A stretch of DNA of 64,000 nucleotides from Eledone cirrhosa (taxonomy: Eukaryota). The position numbers and the translations under genes were made by a program. Shown here one piece after another: positions 38,420 to 52,890 of the stretch. The first letter of the stretch is position 1. Each line of letters opens with the position of its first letter. The notes below the pieces were generated by a model, which worked only from the letters and a program-made list of their open reading frames with translations, searched no databases and was not told the origin of the DNA. The DNA lies in contig OZ024744.1 in assembly GCA_964016885.1 (NCBI GenBank), positions 51,398,001-51,462,000 of the forward strand, read 5' to 3'.

Positions 38420-38873
38420 ATTATTTCTACTTTTGGCACAAGGGCAGCAATTATCCAGTGTATTACTGGTACTTTATTTCATCGACCCTGTAAGGATGAA
38501 AGGCAAAGTTAACCTTGGCCGGGATTTGAACTCAGACCATAAAGGGCCGTAAATCTATGCTACAAAGCATGGCGTCCGACCTTCTACTGATACTGCCAAT
38601 CCACTAATATAAATGTTTCTACGTTAGGCACAAAGCCAGCAATAACTGCAGTGCATCACTGATACTTTATTTTATCGACCCCGTAAAGATGAAAGGCAAA
38701 GTTAACCTCGGCGGGATTTAATATAATTGTTTCTACTTTGGGCATAAGGCCAGCAAATACCCAGTGCATTACTGGTACTTTATTTTATCGACCCCGTAAG
38801 GATGAAAGTCAACCTCGGCGGGATTTGAGGTTGACTTTGCCTTTCATCCTTACGGGGTCGATAAAATAAAGTA
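38420..38873 (-). mobile_element. Cluster of three tandem SINEs plus an inverted stub
   Basis: Three repeats of tttctac..ggcacaaggccagcaa...atcgaccccgtaaggatgaaag, with a fold-back at ~38828. Confidence 0.85.
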
Positions 38874-38987
38874 AATGTAATGATAGTATGGGTGGTTACC
38901 TTACATTTCCCATACTTGTATTGGATATTAATGCATCAATTTCTCTTTCTTCCCCCTCTCTCTCTTTTTCATTCCCTCTTGCTATAT

Positions 38988-39024
<37 letters not shown>

Positions 39025-39038
39025 CGTGTATATATATG

Positions 39039-39145
<107 letters not shown>

Positions 39146-39401
39146 ATATATATATATACATATATATATATATACCTGTACATACATACGCATACATGCA
39201 CATGTATATATGTATACACACACATATGTATGTATATGTGAACATAAACACACCTACACACATATGTATACATATATATTCATATGTAAATATATAAATA
39301 TAAATACATTTATATTTCCCTCGCTCTTTTTCTTTGTCTCTTTCTCTATATATATGTCTCTGTCTGTCTGTATCTCTCTCCCACTCTCTCTCTCTCTCCC
39401 C

Positions 39402-39507
<106 letters not shown>

Positions 39508-39800
39508 ATAAGAGGAGAATCAACACAGGAGAACAATACATTACAAATGTGATATAAATATATTTAACCTTTCGGGCGTTAGTCCTTCATCGGGAATTGA
39601 AATGATTGATAAAGGAAGAAATAAATAGATAAAGGAGATAAAGAACGGAGAAAATACATAACACACACTCACACACACACCTAACATAAGACCCATTAGT
39701 ATATATTTGTAACGAATATTCATTACGTGTATATATCATATGAATGTAATGCATTTTTACGCGTGAAGGATTCTTGTAGGAATATTGGACGATTATTTCC

Positions 39801-41340
39801 TGAGACTCGCTACCCTGTTAGTGGTTGTTATCTGAGTGAGACTCGCTACCCTGTTAGTGGTTGTTATCTGAGTGAGACTCGCTACCCTGTTAGTGGTTGT
39901 TATCTGAGTGAGACTCGCTACCCTGTTAGTGGTTGTTATCTGAGTGAGACTCGCTACCCTGTTAGTGGTTGTTATCTGAGTGAGACTCGCTACCCTGTTA
40001 GTGGTTGTTATCTGAGTGAGACTCGCTACCCTGTTAGTGGTTGTTATCTGAGTGAGACTCGCTACCCTGTTAGTGGTTGTTATCTGAGTGAGACTCGCTA
40101 CCCTGTTAGTGGTTGTTATCTGAGTGAGACTCGCTACCCTGTTAGTGGTTGTTATCTGAGTGAGACTCGCTACCCTGTTAGTGATTGTTATCTGAGTGAG
40201 ACTCGCTACCCTGTTAGCGGTTATTATCTGAGTGAGACTCGCTACCCTGTTAGTGGTTGTTATCTGAGTGAGACTCGCTACCCTGTTAGTGGTTATCATC
40301 TGAGTGAGACTCGCTACCCTGTTAGTGGTTATCATCTGAGTGAGACTCGCTACCCTGTTAGCGGTTATTATCTGAGTGAGACTCGCTACCCTGTTAGTGG
40401 TTGTTATCTGAGTGAGACTCGCTACCCTGTTAGCGGTTATTATCTGAGTGAGACTCGCTACCCTGTTAGTGGTTATCATCTGAGTGAGACTCGCTACCCT
40501 GTTAGCGGTTATTATCTGAGTGAGACTCGCTACCCTGTTAGTGGTTGTTATCTGAGTGAGACTCGCTACCCTGTTAGCGGTTATTATCTGAGTGAGACTC
40601 GCTACCCTATTAGTGGTTATCATCTGAGTGTGACTCGCTACCCTGTTAGCGGTTATTATCTGAGTGTGACTCGCTACCCTGTTAGCGGTTATTATCTGAG
40701 TGAGACTCGCTACCCTGTTAGCGGTTATTATCTGAGTGAGACTCGCTACCCTGTTAGCGGTTATCATCTGAGTGTGACTCGCTACCCTGTTAGCGGTTAT
40801 TATCTGAGTGAGACTCGCTACCCTGTTAGCGGTTATTATCTGAGTGAGACTCGCTACCCTGTTAGTGGTTGTTATCTGAGTGAGACTCGCTACCCTGTTA
40901 GCGGTTGTTATCTGAGTGAGACTCGCTACCCTGTTAGCGGTTATTATCTGAGTGAGACTCGCTACCCTGTTAGTGATTATTATCTGAGTGAGACTCGCTA
41001 CCCTGTTAGCGGTTATTATCTGAGTGAGACTCGCTACCCTGTTAGTGGTTGTTATCTGAGTGAGACTCGCTACCCTGTTAGCGGTTATTATCTGAGTGAG
41101 ACTCGCTACCCTGTTAGCGGTTATTATCTGAGTGAGACTCGCTACCCTGTTAGTGGTTGTTATCTGAGTGAGACTCGCTACCCTGTTAGTGGTTATAATC
41201 TGAGTGAGACTCGCTACCCTGTTAGTGGTTATAACCTGAGTGAGACTTGCTACCCTGTTAGTGGTTGTTATCTGAGTGAGACTCGCTACCCTGTTAGTGG
41301 TTATAATCTGAGTGAGACTCGCTACCCTGTTACCGGTTGT
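39801..41340. repeat. 36-bp minisatellite, ~43 copies
   Basis: Unit TGAGACTCGCTACCCTGTTAGTGGTTGTTATCTGAG, repeated head-to-tail without spacers or indels. Confidence 0.97.
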
Positions 41341-41404
41341 TTTCCATTTCTCTCTCTGCCTGTCCGAAAAATAAAAAAATAAGCAAAAGATTAACAAAAG
41401 ACAT

Positions 41405-41590
41405 CTACAATTTCTCGTAACTCCTCATACTCTTCCAGAACGCAGCCAACCACTTCGTTTCCGATCTGTCCTTTTCCCATGATAGTTATGTCGTACTTGC
41501 TTGCCATTTTAAGTGGTATACCAATGGAGGTTTCCATCTTGCGCCGCAGTAATGAGTCTAGCGCTCAAACGTAGAGCAGGGTCACATGGA
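41405..41590 (-). pseudogene. Ancient Tx1 RT fragment
   Basis: Minus strand LLYV*ALDSLLRRKME..GIPL...DITIM...EVVGCVLEEYEE aligns by eye with ORF2 LLYVLTLEPLLRKLE..GIPL...DVTVM...EAVGTLLEEYEK. Confidence 0.65.
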
Positions 41591-42892
41591 CAAAGGAACC
41601 GCTCCACAAGAAGCAGTCATGAGAGAGGTGTGCTCAATGTGATTACTGCAAAGATACCACAGACATTGTATACACACAGGCAAGCAGATAAACACACAAA
41701 CATACAGAGACACACAGACACACACAGACAGGCAGACAAACACACAAACATGCACAGAGACACACACACACAGACACACACCGACAGGCAGATAAACACA
41801 CAAACCCAAATATTTATACACATACACAGATAGACAGATAAACACACAAACATACACATATATGCACATACACAGATAGGCAGATAAACACACACACATA
41901 CACAGAGTCAGACAGATCAACATACAAACATACACATACACAGACAGACAGATAAACACACAAACATACACATATATACACAGACAGACAGATAAACACA
42001 CAGAAACATAGAGAGAGAGACAAAGTCCGACCTAGTTGACTGTGTGCCAAATTGTGAAATTCCTCTTTTCCTCACTAGATTCCTCTCACGGTTTCATGTA
42101 CCAAAGTTAACCGGGGTTGTTATCACCTCTCTGTCCCTTTCTTGATCCTTTCTTAAATCATGTCCTCTTTCATACCTCTCCTCCTACTCCCCATTCTACT
42201 ACTACTACTGCTACTGCTTCACAAGACCTTGATCCAACCCCTCACACCACCACCACCATTGATGTTTACTGAAGTCAATATTGTTTGTAGAAGACGAAGA
42301 AGAGTATGTGTCAGACAGACAGACAGTGTGTACTGGTCAGTTGTCACGGTGATGATGATGACGATGATGATGATAATAATGGTGATGATGATGAAGGGGT
42401 GGATTTTGATGGTGGTGTTGGTGGTCTTAGTGGGGGTGGTAGTGGTGGTGATGGTGATATTGATGGTGGTAGTGGTCGTAGTGATGATGGAGGTGGTGGT
42501 AGTGATATTGATGGTGGTAGTGGTGATCAGACGGATCTGCTGATTGGCTGGTTCGTTGGTTTCATTGGGTCAGTCAATATACATAAGCATCATCATCACA
42601 ACTATCACCATTACAGCTGACGACGACGATGACCACTGGGCCAACAATTTTGGTGGAGGGGAAAGTCAATTAAAACGCCACCAGTAAATTACTGGTACTT
42701 TATTTTATCGACCCCGTAAGGATGAAAGGCAAAGTTAACCTCGGCGGGATTTATGAATAATGCGATTTCTTTTTGTGGCCGTTCTTTTTACAGTTGTTAC
42801 CGCGAATGTTGTGGTAATAGTTAGTTTTATTGTATCTGTTGCTGTTGTTGTTATCGTTGTTGTTGTTGTTGCTGTTGCTGTTGTTGTTGTTT

Positions 42893-42924
<32 letters not shown>

Positions 42925-43294
42925 GGGATTGGTTGATTACAGGTTTGCTTGAAGGCTTCATCATTTAATTAGAGAGGGTTATTAGTAGGTTTAGTTGGCC
43001 TCGTACGAGGTTTCTCGGTTATTTTAATGATAAGGGTCTCAGTTCCGTCATGCTGTTGTTACAAGTCACACCTCTATAGGTTTAGCTGGCATCCTCCGAG
43101 GTTCTACTTCATATACACACGCATATATACATGCACATGTATATATTAATACACGTAAAAACACAAATGCATATATACTTACACACACACACATACATAT
43201 ATGTGCACACATATAAACACATATACATATATGCACACGCCACTCATATATATATAAGCACACACACGCATTTACATATACATACATATATATA

Positions 43295-43355
<61 letters not shown>

Positions 43356-43828
43356 AAAATTAAAATTAAGGGTTGTCATGTCTGAGAGACATGCGCAATA
43401 TCCACTGTAGAATGAGCTCAAAGATTCCAATGAATAGGTCTGAGCATTACATATCAACTAGAAATAGATTGACACACATATATATATAAAATAAACATAT
43501 GAAACAATCTCAGGGAATAATGTGTAAAGAATGTAAGCACACATAGCTAGGTAGGTAACTAATTAAAGTTTAACTAGAACTTCAAATATAGATACCTTTT
43601 AAAATGATTAATCTCCTTTGTATATATTTCTTTAAGTAAGAAATACATTTCACTAATTAATCCGTAAAACACAGTAGTCAAATTCTTGGATGTTCACCAA
43701 AGGAGAAGAAGAGCTGATCCTCAGCTCGTAATGGACATGGTTATACGTATAACCATGTCCAGTTCTACCTAACTCGTCCCATGGACTGAGTGCTCTACCA
43801 CTACGGATATTACCTTCCAGTGTTCTAC

Positions 43829-43890
<62 letters not shown>

Positions 43891-44044
43891 GTATACACGG
43901 GTGTGTATGATTGTTTATAGAAGATTATATTAATAAAAGGAATTCCAACTTTGTCTGATTTACTCGTTTTATTTACAATCCTTTAATATTATAATGATAT
44001 TATAATGAAATAGTATGGTAGAATATTAAATGTTAAATGTTAAT

Positions 44045-44083
44045 TGAACAAGTACTTTCATGCATTCGCAATCTTCAGGTTCA
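44045..44083 (-). ncRNA. Minimal type-I hammerhead ribozyme
   Basis: TGAAC-CTGAAGA-tTGC-gaat-GCAt-GAAA-GTAC-TT-GTTCA. Perfect stem I and a palindromic stem III (AGTACT). Confidence 0.75.
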
Positions 44084-44705
44084 TATTCAGTGGTGACAGT
44101 CAAGTGTGTATATATATATATATGTATATATATATAAATTCAGCGAGAATCGCATTTCGGCGGGTAGAAAAAACGAAACGAAACGCAAAATAAACAGAAT
44201 TATGCTGGCAAGCGCTCCATAGTTAAAAAAAAACAGAGCTAAACAATATGTTAAAGCGCCATACAAAACTGAAAAAGTGGTCAAGAAAGCATCAACCACC
44301 TAAGCCAAAAAGCAAATCAAGCTAAACAGGTCAAAACAAAATAAATGATAAAAAACAGACCTTGACCCATTGGAATTGATGGTAAAATCCAAATGCAGGG
44401 TTTATATGACACCTAAATCAATAATACTGTCTGCTTAAAACTATAAGCTTTAGGTATAATGATCGAACAAGGAATATCACGTTATCAACAGGTATTTTGC
44501 TCTGTACCAAATTTGTGAATGACACAGAGCTTCGTAAAAGCACATGTGTAATTCACAAGGGGAAAAACCCCAGATTTTGGCAAATCAATTCAGTATGTGT
44601 ATATCAAGCAAAAAATTGCATAAATAGCACAAATCGAATAAGCACTCAACCAGTTAGTTTTTAAAATAAACTTATGCAATTAATCTGTCAAAAGAATTAT
44701 ATATA

Positions 44706-45320
44706 TAGGGAGGGTCATATTTGTGTAATAATATTGCTAGAATTAATAACACTCACTGTTTGGTTGGTTTTCGCTTCTGTGTCTTTTATATCGGTTAATT
44801 TAATTTAAATAAATAAATACATACACAAGCATAATAACAACAAACACATATAAACACACACTAGTAAACTAAGATAGAATACAATAACCAATACACAGTC
44901 ACCCAAACACGAACACACATCAAACACTATACACACACGCAAACCCATGCGCAGAGAAGACAAAAAAAAAAAAAATAAACAGACTAAATGAAGATGGCGT
45001 AGGCAACAATACAACAGGAGGAAACATAATAGCACCACTGACGATGTTGCAGATGTGCAACGAAAGAACTTTGTTAGACTATATATATGTGTTTGTGTCT
45101 ATATTGTATCTGTATTTTTGACCGTTGGTCAGTCAATAGTAACATTGAGGACCGAATAAATTAAATTAACCGATATAAAAGACACAGAAGCGAAAACCAA
45201 CCAAATAGTGAGTGTGTTCTGTTATTAATTCTGGCAATATTATTACACAAATATGACCCTCCCCAAATATAACAATATTTGTTTCGACACACGATTTCAT
45301 ATCAAAAACCTCGCAAAACT
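44706..45320 (+). mobile_element. PLE pseudo-LTR with inverted arms and a hammerhead (45034-45075)
   Basis: 44708-44803 is the inverse of ~45160-45263. CTGACGA-t-GTTGCA-gatg-TGCAAC-GAAA-GAAC-TT. The terminus is shared with 1045-1110. Confidence 0.75.
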
Positions 45321-45481
45321 ATATATATATATACATATATATAGTAATAATAATAAATTTGAAGACTAAAATCCAAAGAGGGCTCGATAAGGATAAATAT
45401 ATATCAAATATATAAGAACCGTAGAGCAAATATTTATTAAAATAACAGATTAAAGTTTAAGCAAAGAATCGCTGCTTTCAC

Positions 45482-45525
<44 letters not shown>

Positions 45526-45718
45526 AAAAAATATCTCAATTATAATTTGGTATCTATTCTGAGCACACAATGTCTGCAAATGAAGCAGACGAACGTACTT
45601 AGCAAGAAGTTCAGTTGTGACATTTTGAAAATTTTCAACTTGAGATATAAATATACTCTCATACATTTGCAGTCAGTACACCCATATTTTGAATATATAT
45701 TTTTTTGCAAGATATATA

Positions 45719-45769
<51 letters not shown>

Positions 45770-45770
<1 letters not shown>

Positions 45771-47080
45771 CTGAGTTTTTCAAATATTAATAATAATATT
45801 CGATTCGTTTGCAATTATGCAAACAAGCCTCAATTGTATAGCCATATCAGTAGAATAAAAACTTCATTCTTGCTCTTGTGTTGGCATGCGAACAGAACTG
45901 CAGACACTAATGTTTCTGGGTATCACCCTTCATCAGTACAGCTCACTGTTCACCTGCCAAACTGTCAGAGCTAGTGAAAATATATGCTATTTTCAAAAAT
46001 ACACAGTGACTGATCGACCTGATTTGCATGTTAGCAGACTGGCTGTTCAGTCAGATCTGCATATTAGCAAATCCACTGATCAGCCAGATTTGCATATCAG
46101 CAGACTGGCCAGTCAGTTTTCTGTATACGAGCGATAAATGGCCGGCTTTACCAAATTAAAAAAAAGAAAATTTCGTTCTACATGGCGGAATACAATAAAT
46201 GTAATCTGATTTTTTCGAATATTAATAATAACATTCGATTCCTTTGCGATTATGCAAACAAGCCTCAATTTTATAGCCATGTCAGTAGAATGAACACTTC
46301 ATTCTTGCTCTTGTGTTGGCATGCGAACAGAACTGCAGACACTAATGTTTCTGGGTATCACCCTTCATCAGTACAGCTCGAATCAGTACTTGCAAACGAA
46401 TCGAATGTTATTCGGTAGAGAGTCGGACGCTATGCTTTGCAGCATAGTTACGTCCCTTTATGGACTGAGTTCAAATCCCGCCGAGGTTAACTTTGCCTTT
46501 CATGCTTATGGAGTAGATAAAATAAAGTACCAGTAATGCACTGGTTAATTGCTGGCCTTGTGCCAAAAGTAGAAACAATTATTAATATTCGAAAAACTCA
46601 CATTACATTTATTGTATTCAGCCATATAGAGCGAAATTTTCTTTTATAATCTGAGTTTTTCGAATATTAATAATTGTTTTTACTTTTGGCACAAGGCCAG
46701 CAATTACCCTAGTGCATAACTGGTACTTTATTTTATCGACCCCATACGGATAAAAGGCAAAGTTAACCTCGGCGGGATTTGAACTCAGATCATAAAGGGC
46801 CGTAACTCTATTCTGCAAAAGGGCCGTAACTCTATTCTGCAAAGCATGGTGTCCGGCCTTCTAACGATACGGCCAATACGATTCGTTTGTAATTATGCAA
46901 ACAGTCTCTTTTATAAGCCATGTCAGTAGAATGAGCCCCCTCATTCTCGCTCTAGTGTTGGCACGCAAACTGCAGACACTAATGTTTCTGGGTTTACTGC
47001 TTACCTGCTAACTGTCAGAGCTAGTGAAAATATATGATATTTTCTGAAACATACAGTGACTGATCGGCCTGATTTGCATA
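45770..47080 (-). mobile_element. Repeated copies of a hammerhead-bearing unit (intact at 45895-45944 and 46330-46379) interrupted by SINEs (+46412-46585, -46670-46876)
   Basis: Minus strand GAGCTGTA-CTGATGA-aGGGT-gat-ACCCa-GAAA-CA-ttag-TG-TC-TGCAGTTC: 8-bp stem I (two G-U pairs) and a GUC cleavage triplet. Confidence 0.8.
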
Positions 47081-47108
47081 TATATATAATATATATAATA
47101 TATATATA

Positions 47109-47149
<41 letters not shown>

Positions 47150-47179
47150 TATATATATTATATATATATATATATATAT

Positions 47180-48075
47180 CTGGTAGCACTAAAACAGCGT
47201 TTAAGCATAATGGAAATGTATATGAAGACATATATAAACATATATTATACATTTATACACAATAGACATACGGGTAGCCTCTCTGCTAAAGAAAAATAAT
47301 TTTTCGTAAAGAAAAATATTTTTTCGTAAAGAAAAAACATTTTTTTCTCTATTTTCCCCTGTGAATATATCACTGGTTTTTCAGCTCGTTTTGAGAATGC
47401 TATACAGAGCAGTTTCAAGATTTGTTAATTTTTTATCAGTGACACTCATTCCTCCCCTACTGGTTTGAAATAGACTAGAGTCTATATAGAATTTTAAGTG
47501 CTGATCATTTACTGGAGATGCTCATTTTGTAAATATTGTAAATAGAAAACATCGCCTGGAAATGCTCATTTGCATATTGGCGAGTTTGGCCGGTCATACT
47601 TAACTGGCGGCAGCACGAAGATAGCATTTAAGCATAATACAGGTGTATGTGCAAACGTATATAAACCTATATAATACATATATATACAATACAATAAACA
47701 TATGGGTAGATTTACTGCGGATAACAATATTTTCTTAATGAAAAATTTTATCTTTCTCTATTTTCCTTTGTGAATATGTGACATAGTTGCCAGTACGTTT
47801 TGAGAATATCAGACAGTGCTGTTTCAAGATTTCTTAATTTTTCATCAGTGACTACCCATATATTTATTGTATATAAGCGTATAGTATATATTTACATATG
47901 TTTTCGTATATGCTATCATATACACCGCTTAGTGTAATCGCCAATTAAATATAACCAGCCAAGCTCACCCTACATGCAAATAAGCATTTCCTATCGATGT
48001 TTCCTGCTTTGCTTCATAAATAAGCATCTCCAGTAAATGATCATCACGCGAAATCTTCTACAGTCTCTAGTCTTT
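47180..48075. repeat. Unclassified repeat with direct (47190-47440 / 47620-47850) and inverted (47475-47610 / 47935-48072) segments
   Basis: tgatcatttactggagatgct...atgctcatttgcat is the inverse of atgcaaataagcat...agcatctccagtaaatgatca. Confidence 0.55.
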
Positions 48076-48377
48076 TTCATGTCGTTAGGAGTTGAATGAA
48101 CATCTTAACCATAGAGCCACAAGCCTTCAATTGCCAGCAGATATATGTCGACGCTTGCCGGTAGACTTTTGTAGGAACATTTGCTTTCCAAAGATACATC
48201 TGTGTTACTATTTGCATACAGACTAGTGTAGTAGTGATATATTTCCAAACTGCATCAACAGTGAAGATGTATTTTAATTCCCCTCTAATATTTGATAATG
48301 TGCTCAAAATATCACAAAAAAAGATAAAACTTGCTTTTATTTTAAAATTGTTTTGTCAAAGCTTCAAAAATTTCGCT

Positions 48378-48458
<81 letters not shown>

Positions 48459-48490
48459 TTCACTCTCTCTCTTTCACTCTCTCCCTCTGT

Positions 48491-48523
<33 letters not shown>

Positions 48524-48715
48524 TCTCTATCTCTCTGTCTCCCTCTCTCTATCTCTCCCCCTCACACACAAAACACACATACATGTATATATACATATAG
48601 ATAATTGTAAAGTAGGAGTTGAAAAGAGAGATATATAAGTTTTATGAATGCATTATAAGCTATATATTAAATCGCACATATACCTACCCGAAACGCGCAT
48701 GCTCCCTATTTGTGT

Positions 48716-48898
<183 letters not shown>

Positions 48899-49009
48899 TA
48901 CATACATATATATATGTATGTATACATATATATATATGTATACAGAATCAAACCCATGTTCAGGCGCACACACAACATATATTTAAGATACATATTTGTA
49001 TATATTCAT

Positions 49010-50158
49010 GTGTGTATGTATGTATGTATGTATGTATGTATGTATGTATGTATGTATGTATGTATGTATGTATGTATGTATGTATGTATGTATGCATGCA
49101 TGTATGTATGTATGTATGTATGTATGCATGTACGTATGTATGTATGTATGTATGTATGTATGTATGTATGTATGTATGTATGTATGTATGTATGTATGTA
49201 TGTATGCATGTATGTATGTATGTATGCATGCATGTATGTATGTATGTATGTATGTATGTATGTATGTATGCATGTATGTATGTATGTATGTATGTATGTA
49301 TGTATGTATGCATGTATGTATGTATGTATGTATGTATGTATGTATGTATATATGTATGTATGCATGTATGTATGCAAGTATGTACGTATGTATGTAAGTA
49401 TGTATGTATGTAAGTATGTTTGTATGTATATATGTATGTATGTAAGTATGTATGTAAGTATGTATGTATGCATGTATGTATGTATGTATGTATGCATGTA
49501 TGCATGTATGTATGTATGTATGTATGTATGTATGTATGTATGTATGTATGTATGTATGCATGTGTGTATGTATGTATGTATGTTTGTATGTATGTATGTA
49601 TGTAAGTATGTTTGTATGTATGTATGCATGCATGTATGTATGTATGTATGTATGTATGTATGTATGTATGCCTGTATGTATGTATGTATGTATGTATGTA
49701 TTTATGTATGTATGTATGTAAGTATGTATGTATGTATGTATGTATGTATGTATGTATGTATGTATGTATGTATGTATGTATGTATGTATGTATGTATGTA
49801 TGTATGAATGTATGTATGTATGTATGTATGCATGTATGTATGTATGTATGTATGTACATACGTATGTTTGTATGTATGTATGTATGTATGTATGTATGTA
49901 TATATGTATGTATGTATGTATGTAAGTATGTATGTATGTATGTATGTATGTATGTATGTATGTATGTATGTATGTATGAATGTATGTATGTATGTATGTA
50001 TGTATGTATGTATGTATGTATGTATGTATGTATGTATGTATGTATGCATGTGTGTATGTATGTATGTATGTATGTATGTATGTATGTATGAATGTATGTA
50101 TGTATGTATGTATGTTTGTATGTATGTATGTATGTATGTATGTATGTATGTATGTATG

Positions 50159-50189
<31 letters not shown>

Positions 50190-50330
50190 GTATGTTTGTA
50201 TGTATGTATGTATGTACATACGTATGTATGTATTTATGTATGTATGTATGTATGTATGTATGTATGTATGTATGTATGTATGTATGTATGTATGTATGTA
50301 TGTTTCTATGTATGTATGTATGTATGTATG

Positions 50331-50361
<31 letters not shown>

Positions 50362-50566
50362 GTATGTATGTAAGTATGTATGTATGCATGTATGTATGTA
50401 TGTATGTATGTATGTATGTATGTATGTATGTATGTATGTATGTATGTATGTATGTATGTATGTATGTATGTATGTATGTATGTATGTATGTATGTATGTA
50501 TGTATGTATGTATGTATGTATGTATGTATGCATGTATGTATGTATGTATGTATGTATGTATGTATG

Positions 50567-50597
<31 letters not shown>

Positions 50598-50614
50598 GTA
50601 TGTATGTATGTATG

Positions 50615-50645
<31 letters not shown>

Positions 50646-50862
50646 GTATGTATGTATGTATGTATGTATGTATGTATGTATGTATGTATGTATGTATGAA
50701 TGTATGTATGTATGTATGTATGTATGTATGTATGTATGTATGTATGTATGTATGTATGTATGTATGCATGTGTGTATGTATGTATGTATGTATGTATGTA
50801 TGTATGTATGAATGTATGTATGTATGTATGTATGTTTGTATGTATGTATGTATGTATGTATG

Positions 50863-50893
<31 letters not shown>

Positions 50894-51042
50894 GTATGTT
50901 TGTATGTATGTATGTATGTATGTACATACGTATGTATGTATTTATGTATGTATGTATGTATGTATGTATGTATGTATGTATGTATGTATGTATGTATGTA
51001 TGTATGTTTCTATGTATGTATGTATGTATGTATGTATGTATG

Positions 51043-51073
<31 letters not shown>

Positions 51074-51134
51074 GTATGTATGTATGCATGTATGCATGTA
51101 TGTATGTATGTATGTATGTATGTATGTATGTATG

Positions 51135-51165
<31 letters not shown>

Positions 51166-51202
51166 GTATGTATGTATGCATGTATGCATGTATGTATGTA
51201 TG

Positions 51203-51233
<31 letters not shown>

Positions 51234-51330
51234 GTATGTATGTATGCATGTATGCATGTATGTATGTATGTATGTAAGTATGTATGTATGTATGTATGTA
51301 TGTATGTATGTATGTATGTATGTATGTATG
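49010..51330. repeat. 2.3-kb (TATG)n array with higher-order structure
   Basis: The variant-unit pattern at 49921-50160 recurs at 50641-50880 (720-bp offset). Confidence 0.95.
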
Positions 51331-51605
51331 TGTGCATGCGTCTATAATGCTACCTTCTATTGCCCTATAATGACTACAGTGAAAACCATTAAAGCGAAGA
51401 ACATAAACTAGAAATAAGAATTTTATTAAAATCTTGTGTTGATAGAAGGAAAAACTAGAAAAATATAAACCTAAAAAGCGAAAAAATAATAAGCATTTAA
51501 CTTATCTAAACAAACTCTCTCGCTCTCTCCTTCAAACACAACATATTTATATATGTATTTATATACATACATATATGTAAATATATATATTTATATATAT
51601 ATATT

Positions 51606-51686
<81 letters not shown>

Positions 51687-52099
51687 TCACACACACATAG
51701 ATACATTCTAACATACATACGTGCATATATATATATATATATATATGCAAATACACACATACACATAAACACGCGCACACACACACTCACACATATATAT
51801 ATATATATAGGCATACATTCAAAACTATAGTTAGAACGCATAAAAACGATGTTAAAATGTATTTCATGTTTCGTGTAAAAATAACAATGTCAACAACAAT
51901 AACAATAATAATAACAATAACAGGCAAAACCATAAAAGCTCCCTCCCCCACCCCAATAAAAGAAAACTGAATAAATAAAAAAGTGTAGCCCCCCCCCCCC
52001 CTCGTAAACAAACAATACATTTTCCCGAACTTTTAACGTGTTTCATTTTCATTAAGAAATCTTTTGTAATAAACGTATTTAATAAAATAAAATAGTTTG

Positions 52100-52328
52100 G
52101 CAGAGTTGTTAGGGCGTCGAATACCTCGATGTTTGTTCTTGTCTTTCTGTACTCTTTGTTCAAATCCCGCTGAAGTCAACATTGCTTTTAATCCTTTCAG
52201 GGGTCGATAAATAAAGTACCAGTCGAGGGTATAGTAGATTGTCGGATTTGCTAAAGCGTTGGACGTGATGCTTTGTAGTATTTTATCCAGTTCTGTGTGT
52301 TCTGTATTCAAATCCCATCTTGTGTCTC

Positions 52329-52401
<73 letters not shown>

Positions 52402-52890
52402 TGTATGGCGTGGTTGCTGTTAAGTAACCATAGGTATGAATTTCCTCTTAAAAAATTCTCCTTTTCATCCATAATCCAAAACTAACAACACAATTAAAAG
52501 TTAAAGTCTGTCTTAAGTCAGAAGGCTCAATAATTACCTGCCAGGCGACTAGCAGATATTATTAATAATAGGGCGGTGGATTGGCAGTATCGGTAGAGGG
52601 TCGGACGTCATGGATTGACGCATAGAGTTACGGCCCTTGCCATTCTGAGTTCAAATCCCGCCGAGGTTAACTTTGCCTTTCATCCTTACGGGGTCGATAA
52701 AATAAAGTACCAGTAATGCACTGGGTAATTGCTGACCTTGTGCCTAAAGTAGAAACAATTAATAATGGAATTGAGTTCAAATCCCACCGAGGTTAAATTT
52801 GCCTTTCATTCTTACTGTGTCGATAAAATGAAGTACCAGTAATGTACTGGTGATTGCTGGCCTTGTGCTAAAAGTAGAAACAATTATTAG
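52100..52890 (+). mobile_element. tRNA-derived SINE cluster (older copies 52100-52320; young copies 52570-52760 and 52770-52890)
   Basis: B-box and GCCTTTCATCCTTACGGGGTCGATAAAAT core. Further partial copies at 25438, 28160, 42685, 54355 and 54910. Confidence 0.85.

Noticed and set aside
39562-39596. Additional hammerhead candidates (also half-motifs at ~26530, ~27400, ~22670)
   Set aside because: The core is mutated or only the GAAAC half is present, and stem I is unconvincing, so they were not counted.
39801-41340. CRISPR array (36-bp repeat)
   Set aside because: Units are contiguous with no unique spacers, there are no cas genes, and the context is eukaryotic.
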